DNA of 63,987 nt, the filler included, from Octopus bimaculoides (Eukaryota): assembly GCF_001194135.2 (NCBI RefSeq). It is 4 parts of 3 records of this genome, joined end to end, with 100 filler letters (N's around TTAATTAATTAA, not from the genome) between each part and the next. Parts side by side here need not be neighbours in the genome. Positions count along the whole stretch, not along the records: positions 1 to 31,540 come from NC_068992.1; 3 more parts are not named here. The stretch is one strand, 5' to 3'. The notes beneath the pieces were generated by a model. It was not told where the DNA came from and did not search any database. It saw nothing but the letters and a program-made list of their open reading frames with translations. How positions within the stretch are numbered: position 1 is the first letter of the stretch; each line of letters begins with the position of its first letter. A program made the position numbers and the translations under genes. Positions 12,557-26,010 of the stretch are shown here, in pieces.

Positions 12557-14749
12557 GTTCCGTATAACAACAGTTAAAATTACGTAACCATATTTTAGTG
12601 TAAGAGTTTTGTGTAAGAATTTATTGTAAGATGATTAAACTATATTGAGAATGATTAGTTTACTTCTCTGTCGTCCTTATGTACATATGTTAGATGATAT
12701 CAACAGATCAAGACAATTTTTAGGATGATGCGGAGAACAGAAGTAAAGACGGTGAGCACATTCAATATTTCAATGAATTCCCATATGTAATATACGGAAC
12801 ATTATTTTTTCTATGACATTTTGTGAAAAACAATTCATTTTCGTGCAAAATAGACATGAATATGTTGATTCCCGACTACAAATATAGACACTGTTATACA
12901 AAAAGAGTCATAAGGCAACAGAAAAAAGAAAGATATAGGTAAGGAACTTAGTAACAGGTTACCTACAAACTTCAGACAGTAAAATCTTCTGTTTTGTGGT
13001 AAACTTAATTCGATTTTCTGAAGGACATATCTCATATTACACGAAACTACTTTTTTTTTTTTTATCTTGGTAAAATCTTCCAATCTGAAATAGTGAATTC
13101 TAATGTTTGTTACTTTAATAAGTTATTTTGCAATGAAAAGATTGTTGATATACAACAAATTTAAAATTAGCAAAATGCCATTCTAAATAATTAGTTAGTA
13201 ACTCTCTAAGTATCCCGAAAAGTTATCAAAACTCAATACCAAATGCATCGCGTTACTTCATAACTACACATGCATAAAACATAAGTACATTCTCATTCCC
13301 ACAAACCCACTCATTCGCATATAATGTATTCTATCAGATTTCAACTTGTGATATCCTAACTGATTTTGCTTATTGTATTTCAATTGATGTGAATGTGTCT
13401 TATAACACTTTAATCCAACAAACGATTTACAGAGGAATCCACAGACTGAAGATAAGAGTAGATTGTTCTGCAAAGCCGATGGGATGTTACAGTAAAACTT
13501 TCTCTTTGCTCTTTGTTCTAGAGGGACACTTTTAGAGTTCTTTATGGCTTTATATCAATTTAGCCTGAAATCATTGCGAGTGAATGCTTCTTTTTACAAT
13601 CTTTCTGTGGACACCTGGAAATCATTGTCATTTTTGCGTCAGCATCACGCTTATCCATGCATCTAAGCTATGATATACCTCTGCTTCTTTTTCCATCATC
13701 GAGCTGATTATACATAAGGAATTTTGGAATTCTGTCATCACTCATCTTACAAAATACTGAATATCACCAATTTATATTTTCAACATAGATCGGTATTTAA
13801 AATTCTCTTACCGAAATGGCTTAAAGATAAAGCTTATAAAAGACATGAAGCTGTTTGCTACGTGATTGATAGGCATTAGTGGGGGTTTTTTTTCACTAAA
13901 TTGGTGACGGGTTTGCCAAATGTAATCATAACGCTCTCAAGAGAGGTACCTGTTTGCATTCTACTATCAGATACGTGAATGTTGTTATATATTTTAGTAT
14001 TTTGTCACCGATTATAGTTGTAATAGTAGGGAGATTACGAACCTGCTATGTACGTTTTATTACTGGTGCTGATGTTGAGACCAAAATACTTGCTGGTATT
14101 AGAGAAGCGATTAAAAAGCACCTGTGATTCTTCGAATGAGGTCGCAACAAGAGTAGCAAAATCAACAAACAAGAAGTTACCATTGCTGTTCAGACAAGTG
14201 TTTTAGCATAGAAACGCTGGAGAGTGAGGAGGTCACCACGGAATTAAATTGTACACCAGATGCAAAATCACCATAACAAAGGGACAGTTTCTCCGAAAAG
14301 AAAGCGGGTAAAGGAGTCACTACAAGATAGAAGGTACATGCTACCCATTCAAGAACACACAGTGACTGTTCTTATTTTCTGTTAAAATTTCCGTCGCACA
14401 TAACGCAAACTGCGAATTGGAAAGATTTCAGTGCATTTAGACCGGGGCCCAGGTGTTGGTTAGCATATATTGTTTTCAGTGTTACGCATATATTTTTGAG
14501 TATATTGGTCAGTTGTTCATGTTGCTATTGCCAGGAGCTTGTATTTGGACCGTTAAAAAATATTTAGTTCAAACCAACTCTTTAGTAAAGTCATTCGATA
14601 TCGCTTAGAACAGTGTGCCGAATGTGATAGTAAAGAAGTGAATCTATCAATTTAGTTGTAGTAAAAGAATTGATAGTAGTATTCGGAATATTAGTAGTAG
14701 CAATAGTGGAAGTGGCAGAAGTTGCGGGAAATATGAAAACTGGTAAATA

Positions 14750-14782
14750 ACAATAATAATAATGATAATAATAATAATAATG

Positions 14783-14852
<70 letters not shown>

Positions 14853-14905
14853 TAATAATAATAATAATGATAATAATAATAATAATGATAATAATAATAA
14901 TAATA
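14750..14905. repeat. (AAT)n microsatellite with GAT interruptions
   Basis: Direct reading. Confidence 0.95.
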
Positions 14906-14996
14906 CGCTCTGATGCAGTACCAGGAAATGGCTCTCATGGCTTCTGATCTTAACTGATTGGAAGCGTTATCATTGTATAGGTTTTGTCCATATAAA
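14906..14996 (+). mobile_element. Family F end fragment
   Basis: CGCTCTGATGCAGTACCAGGAAATGGCTCTCATGGCTTCTGATCTTAACTGATTGGAAG matches the start of the 31703 copy; directly follows (AAT)n. Confidence 0.75.
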
Positions 14997-16479
14997 TGCA
15001 ATCCTACCTGATAATATGCAAATCAAACGAAAAATTAATTTCACTTCGAGGAACTTATCGTTGCGCACAATATTTCAGAATCTATTACTTTCGCAAAATG
15101 TGAGATTCCTGTATTAGACAAAAATTAACAATTTCTGTAATACTGTAATATTTCCAAAATTTTAAATGAAAGTTCTATAAATACACGGGGATGTAGGATG
15201 AATCATATAACATATTTCTAAACAGAAAATTCATTCACAGGCGAGTCTTTGAATTTCCATGATCGAGAAAAAATTCTATAAACAAAGGAAGAATATGATT
15301 TTAAAATAAATTAATTACAAATTCTATAGGTTCTTGGTATGACTAGCTGTAGGCCAGTAGCGTGATAATTCGATCATGACAAGGACAAACAATACAACAG
15401 CAATTCATCGCACCTGCGCAACAAATAGATAATGCTTCATGAAGAAATTGTAGAAATAGAAATGAAATAAATTTACTGATCATTAGAAATTTATAAAAGA
15501 AAAGAAAACTATTTAACCNNNNNNNNNNNNNNNNNNNNNNNNNNNNNNNNNNNNNNNNNNNNNNNNNNNNNNNNNNNNNNNNNNNNNNNNNNNNNNNNNN
15601 NNNNNNNNNNNNNNNNNNNNNNNNNNNNNNNNNNNNNNNNNNNNNNNNNNNNNNNNNNNNNNNNNNNNNNNNNNNNNNNNNNNNNNNNNNNNNNNNNNNN
15701 NNNNNNNNNNNNNNNNNNNNNNNNNNNNNNNNNNNNNNNNNNNNNNNNNNNNNNNNNNNNNNNNNNNNNNNNNNNNNNNNNNNNNNNNNNNNNNNNNNNN
15801 NNNNNNNNNNNNNNNNNNNNNNNNNNNNNNNNNNNNNNNNNNNNNNNNNNNNNNNNNNNNNNNNNNNNNNNNNNNNNNNNNNNNNNNNNNNNNNNNNNNN
15901 NNNNNNNNNNNNNNNNNNNNNNNNNNNNNNNNNNNNNNNNNNNNNNNNNNNNNNNNNNNNNNNNNNNNNNNNNNNNNNNNNNNNNNNNNNNNNNNNNNNN
16001 NNNNNNNNNNNNNNNNNNNNNNNNNNNNNNNNNNNNNNNNNNNNNNNNNNNNNNNNNNNNNNNNNNNNNNNNNNNNNNNNNNNNNNNNNNNNNNNNNNNN
16101 NNNNNNNNNNNNNNNNNNNNNNNNNNNNNNNNNNNNNNNNNNNNNNNNNNNNNNNNNNNNNNNNNNNNNNNNNNNNNNNNNNNNNNNNNNNNNNNNNNNN
16201 NNNNNNNNNNNNNNNNNNNNNNNNNNNNNNNNNNNNNNNNNNNNNNNNNNNNNNNNNNNNNNNNNNNNNNNNNNNNNNNNNNNNNNNNNNNNNNNNNNNN
16301 NNNNNNNNNNNNNNNNNNNNNNNNNNNNNNNNNNNNNNNNNNNNNNNNNNNNNNNNNNNNNNNNNNNNNNNNNNNNNNNNNNNNNNNNNNNNNNNNNNNN
16401 NNNNNNNNNNNNNNNNNNNNNNNNNNNNNNNNNNNNNNNNNNNNNNNNNNNNNNNNNNNNNNNNNNNNNNNNNNNNNNN

Positions 16480-17055
16480 TAAAGGGCATTACTACAGAAT
16501 AAGGCCGCACACTAGACTTCCCAAATAAACACATTTTAGTATACCGAATGCGAGAAAAACAACTTTTGAAAGAAACCAACATTAAAAAAAAAAATAAACT
16601 CAACTGTGTGTCGACCGATTTCACGATTAGCAGAATGAAATCTAGTCTCCGTTCGTCAGCATAGTATCGTATCAACATATATAAATAAACAGAATGGTCA
16701 CCTTACCAAAACGAACACCCATGTATCCGGCCAAGCAAAGGGAATGATGCTTATCTATATACATCGGTAAAAAAGTGGGAAAATTTCTAAGTTGTTCTCG
16801 GTACACGTGCATAAAACGGAATAAAATTCACCATTGGATATATTCCGGATATATATTTTTGGTAAATGAAATCAAAACAGGGTAACATTTTTTACAAGGA
16901 TTTTATCAGGCAGCTAGTGTGCAAAAAAATTCGTAAGGGAAATTTCTATTCCCAAGAATATACTTATTCGTGTATATATATATAAAGGGCATTACTACAG
17001 AATAATGCCACACACTAAACTTCCCAAATAAACACATTTTAGTACCGAATGCGAG
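16480..17055 (+). repeat. Imperfect ~75-bp direct repeat pair (16480-16555 and 16983-17055)
   Basis: TAAAGGGCATTACTACAGAATA...CCCAAATAAACACATTTTAGTA...CCGAATGCGAG occurs twice with a few substitutions. Confidence 0.85.
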
Positions 17056-18340
17056 GAAGCTTTCGATCACATTTCACAGTTTAAGTGGGGAATATAATTA
17101 CGAACAGAAATTAGGAATGTAAGAAAAGAATGAAGAAAATATATAAGGGAGTGTCAATGTTTACAATTAAAGAATTTAATCAAGGTAATTTAACTTAAGG
17201 TTTCCAATGAGGCCATTTAAACCGAGTCAGAGAGAGCAAAAGGGATTTGTATTTGAATAGGAGGTGTGGAGGGAAGGGAAGTGGAGTGAGTGGAGGATAA
17301 TGTATTTTCAGTCAATGGAAAGAAAACTGTACGCTTGAAGTGATGGCATAAATTGTCAAATTTAAAATCTTGGGAAACGGAGGAATGGTAGTAATGGCTT
17401 GTCTAAAAATTAAGGAGTGTGAATTGTTGAACACGCGTATGTCTATTGTGCGTCTGTGTGATTTAGTAGAGGTCTATGGGTGCTTATGTACTTGGACGTT
17501 TTCAGCGGAGGAAGGGATGTGTGTGGAGTAAGGCGAATTAAAAAGAATTTATAGAGTATAAAGCGTAGAGAAAAATAAAGATCAAAAATAAAGAAATGGC
17601 GAGTTTTAGCCTATAGCTCCTTATTTCTACAATCCCTGAAACTTTTAGCGATTGCAGTGGTGGTTCAAATTTGGGTTATTATGGAGGTAAATATAGGGGA
17701 ATATCTATGAGAGCAGGGGTTAATGCGGGGTGGGATTGGAGTTTGTTGTTATTTGTATTTTAATCATACGCTACGAAATTTGGTGACATGTAATAATTAT
17801 GCCATCGTGTTCATTCGGACAATCAGTCGATTGCATAACGAAGAAGACTTAAGCTATCCAAAATTCGCACTTGCTGTTATAGCCGATATACGGTTTAACA
17901 TGTGTCACGATGGGCTGCTTCAAAGCATAAAAAATGGATTCCTTCTGAAGTATATGTATTACCTGAGATGAAGACATACTGTTTGATTTTGTTTCAGACT
18001 TGATGCTAGAGTACCGGTTGCCCACTCTGGCTTTGAAGGTGGTGCTGCACGAGCCGATATATATCGGCTCGTTCTTTCCATTGACTACAGATATATTATC
18101 GCCCACCTGCTCCGGCTCACTTCTCTCCATAATATCTTATTCAAATGCCACTCCCTTTTCAGCTCTCTCTGATTCGGTTTAAATGGTCTTTTGCTAAACT
18201 ACACCGCTTAAATTCTTTACTAGTAAACTTACCCACTCCCTTACATTTTTTGTTTTGTCTTTTCTTATATTCTTAATTTCTCTTGACAACTATATTCCAC
18301 ACTCAAACAACTGTGCCTACTACACACTTTGATCGAATTC
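17056..18340 (-). mobile_element. 5'-truncated Penelope-like element with inverted terminal-repeat segment
   Basis: GIY-YIG remnant at 17760-18064; 17062-17324 is an inverted copy of 18073-18338; 24-bp palindrome at the junction. Confidence 0.7.
17760..18064 (-). pseudogene. PLE GIY-YIG endonuclease C-terminal remnant
   Basis: YIGSCSTTFKARVGNRYSSIKSETKSNSMSSSQVIHILQ...KPYIGYNSKCEFWIA*...NE...CH fits the PLE pattern YIG.T...FK.R..NH..SF...NST.LS..I..LK...Y...C.LC..EK...LN...C.H. Contains an in-frame stop. Confidence 0.75.
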
Positions 18341-19446
18341 TCCGTGTCTTTCTATGAGTCTCCTACCGGTATTCTAAACAACATATAATCGAGACACCCT
18401 TGGCATGAAGAGTACGTGCATTATACACCTCGCTTGGATAATTACTAATTCCGAGGTTCCATTCGCTATGAAATATATGTCACCCGGATTTCATCTACTC
18501 CATTTCTTAATTCTTTGGATATATATACACACGTACGCACACACTCACACGCACACACATATATGTTGAGGTGTCTGTGTGTCTGTGAATGCAAGATATT
18601 TTTATCAATATTGTGCATTGTGTTATATCGGAGGACGCATTCGTAAGGCTTAACTATTGAACAGATGTCTGTTGATGTATGGTAGTATTCTTAGTCTCTA
18701 ATGCATACTTGAAAGTATTGGGGACTAAGAAACTGAAAGCCCTATGAAAATAAATGACTCCTACTGGATACAAAGATTCGATTTTAAAACGATGTGTCAT
18801 TGATGTTAACTTTATAGTGAAATTCATTTAATGCGGTTTAGTGTCTGAAACAAAGAGCATAGTATGTTGATGTGAAGTAACAATATATTAAGATGAAACA
18901 CTAAGAAATCACAATTTTGAATTTACACTATACACAAGAAATGTATTATGAATAAATCCGTTCTTAAAGATATATATTTTGAAATGCAATAGAATAAATT
19001 TTAATATGAATGGCATCGAAAATATTCAACAATGAATTCTCTCAGACAGAAAGTAAATTACAAATTGCGCTTTAGTTGCACACAAGAAAATGTTAACAAG
19101 TGCACCGAAATATTCAAAATTTTATAACAATGAATCAATAAATTGATACTACACATATATAAAAAGAATATTACAAAGTTGTAGATGTGAATATAAAAAA
19201 GCATGCACTAAAAGTATACAGCTATTAGTGCGGTAGGACCTTGTAGTGTCACATATATAATTTCAATATTTCTGTTGTAATCCATTTGAAACAAAAATAT
19301 TTTATCAAGATGAAAATAAGTATTTATTTATCTCTATCTATCTATATTTACTTCTATCTGTATCTATGTAACTGTGTCTATCTATCCATATCCATTTATT
19401 TATCTGCATGTTTAGCTATCTATCTATCTCTGTCTCTGTCTGACTG

Positions 19447-19491
<45 letters not shown>

Positions 19492-19898
19492 NNNNNNNNN
19501 NNNNNNNNNNNNNNNNNNNNNNNNNNNNNNNNNNNATATATATATATATATATACTTTGGAATCTATGACCCCAACAAACTTCATGCAATTCTTGGAAAT
19601 GTAGTATATTCTTAGCTACAATAGCGACAACATAGATTTTTTATTATCTTCTTGCTCTATTAGAGAATTTGAGTAATATTATATTAATGTGTCCGACTGA
19701 TTAAAGTCCTACTTATTTATTGTGCAGCTGAGGATAACCCTGCTTTCAAATTGATGGAATGATTGTATTGCTGAATTAAACGGTCGTACTGCATCACTTC
19801 TCAATATCACGTTGCTTATTTTGAATTTATATGTACGCATGTATGTATATATATATATATATATGTGTGTGTTTGTGTGTGTGTGTGTGTGCGTGTGT

Positions 19899-19939
<41 letters not shown>

Positions 19940-20819
19940 TGTCTGTATGTAACATTTCAGTACTATAATTTGCTTCAGGTTCAATGTATTAAGTTGGAAG
20001 ATATATAAAATGAGTTCCAATTTGATAAGAGAGATAGTGATAGATAGAAGAAGCTATTATGGCCTCTTAATCCAATACACAGAGGAAATATGTGGGTTGA
20101 TTAATTATAATATGGTGCTTGATGCAAAGTAAAGAAAGATTTCATATATAATTACAAGCAGCGAATGGAAAGTGTCTAGTGAATACTGATAAAAAAGACG
20201 CAATTCATACTACAGGGAATAGCATAATACAAAGTAGAAAAAACACTATAGATGAAGAACATAGATGAATAAGGACAATGTGACACCCAATATTACAAAT
20301 GAAGAGGAAAAATGAAAATATGACTCCGAAACATACAGATGTCATGTGCAGGGCGGATCTAATGTATAGTTCTCACCGTCTGAAATTGAGCCACAAAACA
20401 AGTTATTACTCAGATGGTATGGATAAAATGCAGGAACAGAAGATTAAACTTTAGTTGCAGCTTCAATTTATAATGATTCATGTGGATATCTAACTCATTC
20501 AAGAGATTAAGAATATTGACTTTAGGTCAGGCGTATTACTTGCATACTCTTTGCAAATCATAATATTCCTTCGGACACGATAACCTCCTTAAGCTTATAC
20601 TTCGATGCGAAATCTGATACAACATTTTCTATAGTAAGGATATTGTTACGATGACCGTGTTGATACCACGCTTTCACGACTAGGGATAGCACGAAAGGTA
20701 GCTTTATTATAATTTATTTTTGAATAAAACCTAGAACAAGAGAATGTTTAAAGTAGTTGAAATGGAACGTGGAATAACGGGATACTATGGATATTAAGGC
20801 AGCAAACTGACAACATCGA

Positions 20820-20995
20820 TAGCAAGCCGGATAAAAATTACTTAGCAGCATTGTGTCCAACTTTGTGCTCTGAGTTCAAATTCCGCCAAAGTCGACTTTG
20901 CCTTTTATCCCTCGGGGTCGATAAAATAAGTAACAGTCGACTATCCCGTTCCCGGGAAATTGCTGGTTATCTACCTAAAGAAGAAAAATTATTAT
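20820..20995 (+). mobile_element. SINE-A, diverged copy
   Basis: CTGAGTTCAAATTCCGCC (B-box-like), then GTCGACTTTGCCTTTTATCCCTCGGGGTCGATAAAATAAG. Confidence 0.75.
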
Positions 20996-21000
20996 GACTA

Positions 21001-21152
21001 TTAAGGCGGTGGCGGGCACGATTGATAGTACACCGAAATAAATGCTTGGCGGCATTTCGTCCGCCTGAAGTTGACATTGACTTTAATCTTTTCAGGGCTG
21101 AGTAAATAATGACAAAGCTTCAGGCCTTCTGCTTATACTAGAAAGATTATTA
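21001..21152 (+). mobile_element. SINE-A, internally deleted copy in tandem with the previous one
   Basis: TAAGGCGGTGG head and CAGGCCTT...TAGAAAGATTATT tail. Confidence 0.6.
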
Positions 21153-21540
21153 GTGTAATTGTTTTGCATAACATGGTCAAGACGTCACACGCGTTAACAA
21201 ATCAATATATAATAAAAATGGTATTTCTAGTAATAACACACATTGAAGTTGGTTTGTACATTCAGCAGACATTACACAAAAGATAGTCTATGCAATCACT
21301 GTCAAACAATGCAACCAATCTTACAGAATATAGACGTTGTTCAATACACATCTGTCAATTTAAAACGTATCGCATAGCACATCATAGCAACATAGACAAT
21401 AATACTAACTTAATAGCCGGAGTAGTAAAACGTTTCCAGTAAGGAAACAAGAAGCAATATCCCAACTCTGTTTTTGACTAACAAATATTACAGTTCTATA
21501 GTTAAGAGATGAGGAATTATGTACATTATTTTCCTTATTT

Positions 21541-21656
21541 ACAATTGACGGTTATTTGTCCTCATCTTGTTTGTTGTTAACACGTTTCGGCTGATATACC
21601 ATCCGCCTTCATCAGGTGTCTTGGGGAAGTTTCGAACCTGCGTTATCATTCCTAAG
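21541..21656 (-). mobile_element. SINE-E tail with hammerhead-like motif (21579-21620)
   Basis: Reverse complement GACACCTGATGAAGGCGGATGGTATATCAGCCGAAACGTGTTAAC; 3 nt missing around the cleavage site. Confidence 0.8.
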
Positions 21657-22121
21657 GCAGTACGAGGCAGTGTCTCTCATAGCTACTGGTCTTAATTGAT
21701 TAGAACTTATAACATGTACATGTTTTCTTTTAGTATAAAAACGGGCTACAGCAAATATTCTGCCCAATACCACATGTTTGTTTGTCACTTGTTTGCCCGT
21801 GACTACTTGAGCATGTCCCTTGATGTCTGTTCACGAGCAGGTGTAGTGTTGGAGGATCATGGCCATATGTTGAAAGAAATGTTGGGGCTTTGAATAATTC
21901 ACCCTTGGAAACATGGGTGCTTTGTCTATCATCCTTAAACAAGGCAATGCGTTGTTTATCTTGCTTTGAAATCATGTCGCTCACATGGTGATTTCATATC
22001 AATACAAAACTGATATATATATCAAGATATGCGCTTATCAAGCAGGTTGTCATGATGGATGTATATTGTGCTTTGTATATTTGTACTCCAGTCTCACATT
22101 GCATTTATTGCCCTCTCACTC
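21657..22121 (+). mobile_element. Family F repeat with internal deletions
   Basis: Starts GCAGTACGAGGCAG, ends CTCTCACTC followed by (AAT)n, as in 31703-32243. Confidence 0.7.
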
Positions 22122-22142
22122 AATGATAATAATAATAATAAT

Positions 22143-22225
<83 letters not shown>

Positions 22226-22290
22226 TAATAATGATAATAATAATTATTATTATTATAATAATTATAATAATAATAATTATAATAATAACG
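22122..22290. repeat. (AAT)n/(TAT)n microsatellite
   Basis: Direct reading. Confidence 0.95.
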
Positions 22291-22423
22291 CGCACGATAA
22301 AAACTAAAGATATAAGCAAGTGCCAATTTATACAAACTGCACAATTACGGGAAGTAAACCATAGCAAAATCTATAAAAATAAAAAAAAAATTCTATATCA
22401 GTATATATATATATTATAAGAAG

Positions 22424-22625
22424 GCATGATAGATCGTTGACCAAACACCATTCAATTTTTTTCTCCGTGTTTTTCTCCTTGTTTTCTCCGTATTCTTTCT
22501 GTTGAAGAGCGTAGCTCGAGACGTTAAAGACTTTCTGTATTCCCGAGCGTCAAACTAATACATACTTTTGTTGTTTACACCACCTGTCTTCGTCTGTTGT
22601 TGTTTTTTTTTCGTACATTCTCCCA
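22424..22625 (+). mobile_element. Family H repeat with hammerhead-like fold (22494-22530)
   Basis: Homologous to 47622-47815; TCTTT-CTGTTGA-A-GAGC-GTA-GCTC-GAG-ACGT-T-AAAGA. Confidence 0.7.
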
Positions 22626-22800
22626 TATATATATTATAACTTTTCTATCAGTAATTAAAACAAATGTTGAGCTGGTCCTATTCCAAGGCCAAGGTCAACT
22701 CTATCAATGATTGCTAGCAATAATAATCACATTTGACCTCCTGACCGCAAGATTGTGAGGCTTATTTTGTTTACTGATAGCACAGGGATACAAAGTCCCA

Positions 22801-22818
22801 CTACTACTACTACTACTG

Positions 22819-22884
<66 letters not shown>

Positions 22885-23004
22885 CTTCTTCTCTTCTTCT
22901 TCTTCTTCTTCTGCTACAACTATTTCTTCTACAACTACTACTACTGCTGCTGCTGCTCCTGCAGCTGCGGTTGCAACTCCTTCTACTACTAATACTACTA
23001 CTAT

Positions 23005-23042
<38 letters not shown>

Positions 23043-23095
23043 GTACTAACACTACTACTACTGCTGTTGCTACAGCTACTGCCACTGCTGCTATA
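22801..23095. repeat. Compound trinucleotide repeat (CTA/CTT/CTG)
   Basis: Direct reading; source of the low-complexity ORFs in the track. Confidence 0.95.
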
Positions 23096-25439
23096 GAAAG
23101 TTTCAGCAAGAAGGCAACAATTGACAAGGGCGATAGAAGGCTGTCCAGACAAAGACAAAAACAACAACACTAATACTCCCGAACATGACAACTGAAAAAT
23201 AACTCTGAAAGACTGCAATATCTATAATTTCCTGTGAATATTTTAAATTTCCCTAAAAAAAAGTTAAGAAACTTACGTATCTACAGTTTTAGAACACACA
23301 AACGATCAGCTTGTGAAACTAATATCAACAACGTCTGTGAATACCTATTCTTTCCTTAATCCCTGGGCATTTGAAAATGTAAACATCCCTTTTATACTAA
23401 GGGCTTTACAGTTTTCTCTGTTCCGACATGCAAAAGATCAGCTTTAGTGAATCTATAACTTTAATATCTACAGTTTACTGTGAAAATTTTACACTCATTT
23501 TCTTTCCTTGCCTGTCTCACTGAGAATTCGAAAATGTAAACATTCTTTTTTATTGCAAAAGCACTACAGTCTTCTCTGATCGGACATAACAACGAATATC
23601 TTTATAAAATTTGAAGACTTTAATATCTACTATTTTGTGTGACAGTTTTACCTTTCTTTTCTCCCTGAATACCCGAACATGTACACATATCCTTTATTGC
23701 AACGAGAGAATTTTTTGATTAAAGAAAATAATGAGGAGGTAAGCGTCTCCCCATATATACAAACTGCACAATTACAAAAACTACAAACCACACCAAAAAT
23801 TAAAACACAAAAATCAGAAATTCAAAAATCCAACGATGTACACATCGGTATATATATNNNNNNNNNNNNNNNNNNNNNNNNNNNNNNNNNNNNNNNNNNN
23901 NNNNNNNNNNNNNNNNNNNNNNNNNNNNNNNNNNNNNNNNNNNNNNNNNNNNNNNNNNNNNNNNNNNNNNNNNNNNNNNNNNNNNNNNNNNNNNNNNNNN
24001 NNNNNNNNNNNNNNNNNNNNNNNNNNNNNNNNNNNNNNNNNNNNNNNNNNNNNNNNNNNNNNNNNNNNNNNNNNNNNNNNNNNNNNNNNNNNNNNNNNNN
24101 NNNNNNNNNNNNNNNNNNNNNNNNNNNNNNNNNNNNNNNNNNNNNNNNNNNNNNNNNNNNNNNNNNNNNNNNNNNNNNNNNNNNNNNNNNNNNNNNNNNN
24201 NNNNNNNNNNNNNNNNNNNNNNNNNNNNNNNNNNNNNNNNNNNNNNNNNNNNNNNNNNNNNNNNNNNNNNNNNNNNNNNNNNNNNNNNNNNNNNNNNNNN
24301 NNNNNNNNNNNNNNNNNNNNNNNNNNNNNNNNNNNNNNNNNNNNNNNNNNNNNNNNNNNNNNNNNNNNNNNNNNNNNNNNNNNNNNNNNNNNNNNNNNNN
24401 NNNNNNNNNNNNNNNNNNNNNNNNNNNNNNNNNNNNNNNNNNNNNNNNNNNNNNNNNNNNNNNNNNNNNNNNNNNNNNNNNNNNNNNNNNNNNNNNNNNN
24501 NNNNNNNNNNNNNNNNNNNNNNNNNNNNNNNNNNNNNNNNNNNNNNNNNNNNNNNNNNNNNNNNNNNNNNNNNNNNNNNNNNNNNNNNNNNNNNNNNNNN
24601 NNNNNNNNNNNNNNNNNNNNNNNNNNNNNNNNNNNNNNNNNNNNNNNNNNNNNNNNNNNNNNNNNNNNNNNNNNNNNNNNNNNNNNNNNNNNNNNNNNNN
24701 NNNNNNNNNNNNNNNNNNNNNNNNNNNNNNNNNNNNNNNNNNNNNNNNNNNNNNTATATAGTTGAAATGTACAGAAAAACATAAGGTGAAGGCAGGTGTA
24801 CAATCATTAAAAATAGAAAAGGTGAACTGGTTCTTTTCAAGATCGAGGTTAGCGTTCTAATTGATTACTAGTCGTAGTAATCACATGTGACCTCTGCTGA
24901 CCCCAAGGGTGTAAGGCCACATCTGCGGCATGTATTTACAGCATGTATTTACATGTAGAATTCGGTCTATTCACCAAGCTGCTTCTCTTCCTCCTACTCT
25001 CAAAAAAGTTACAATACCAATGATTGTGGAGCAATTCAAATGACCAGTAAAGGAAGTAACAGGTACTTGAGAATGGCGCCTGGATTACCATTGATGCAGG
25101 GAGAGCAACAGATAGTTTTGTCGTCCAGAAACGTACATAAATTGTCTATGAAACGAAAGAATGATGGAACAGGACAGATTAGTATAGACCATTGTATAGG
25201 GAGCGAAATTAGAACGATTAATGTCAAAGATCTACTGCAATATACCGGATAATGATCCTCACTGTGGTTATGGAGGCGACACAATGCAAGCACGTTATTT
25301 ATATACGTACGTATGCTCACACATGTGCCCGTGTATATACAAATAAAGAGAGGAAGAGAGAGATAGGATTTCAATAACAACTCTCGTGCGACCCCCACGA
25401 TCGATTTAAGAAACCATGATGCAACACATCAAAGAAAGA

Positions 25440-25547
25440 ATTAAATATGTGGTGATGGGGAAGAAACAATAAATCATATTGTCTCTGGCTGCCCAGTCTT
25501 GGCTAAGAAGGAATATATCCACAGACATGACAGAACTGAGACCTATA
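25440..25547 (+). pseudogene. R4/Dong-like CCHC zinc-knuckle fragment
   Basis: ICGDGEETINHIVSGCPVLAKKEYIHRHDRTETYI fits C..C....ET..HI..GC..LA...Y..RH of R4-type RLE elements. Confidence 0.75.
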
Positions 25548-25850
25548 TACGAGGTGTACGAAAAAGAAACCGGAATTTGGTAATATTTTATTCATTTTGT
25601 TTTACATGTATACACTTTTACAGCCTTCAAATTATTCTCCATTTGAAGCAATGCATCGGTCCGGACGCGTTTTCCGCTTTTCAAAGCTGTCCTGGAACAC
25701 TTGCGAAGTGATGCCTTTTAACGCGTCCGTCGCTTTTATTTCTCTTCCACATCTTCAAATATCGTAGTAACATCTGCAAATTTCGAAGTACCAGCTTTCG
25801 TCACCAGTGATGACATCCGGAAAAAAGTTCGGAACTGCTTTCAATTTTAT
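25546..25850 (-). mobile_element. Internally deleted mariner remnant
   Basis: Terminus TACGAGGTGTACGAAAAAGAAACCGGAAT; minus-strand translation contains VITGDESWYFE and ...DRCIASNGE.FEG. Confidence 0.7.
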
Positions 25851-25851
25851 T

Positions 25852-26010
25852 CAGAGACATAGCAGAATTGTGACCTATATACGAGGGTATATGCAAAAGA
25901 AACCGGAATCTTCTAATATTCTATTCATCTAGTTTTACATACATACACTTTTATCGTCTTCAAATTCCATTTGAAGCAATTACTCAACAGTCACTTTTTA
26001 ATATTTTATA
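25852..26010 (-). mobile_element. Duplicated R4-flank plus mariner-end junction
   Basis: CAGAGACATAGCAGAATTGTGACCTATA-TACGAGGG...AAAAGAAACCGGAAT repeats 25520-25660. Confidence 0.65.

Noticed and set aside
12724-12938. Plus-strand exon-like segments (12724-12751, about 12853-12938; also 32416-32529 and 50661-50694)
   Set aside because: Open frames with plausible splice sites, but short, without recognisable homology, and such signals arise by chance here.
25036-25398. 120-aa hydrophobic minus-strand ORF
   Set aside because: No motif or splice context; consistent with a chance ORF.
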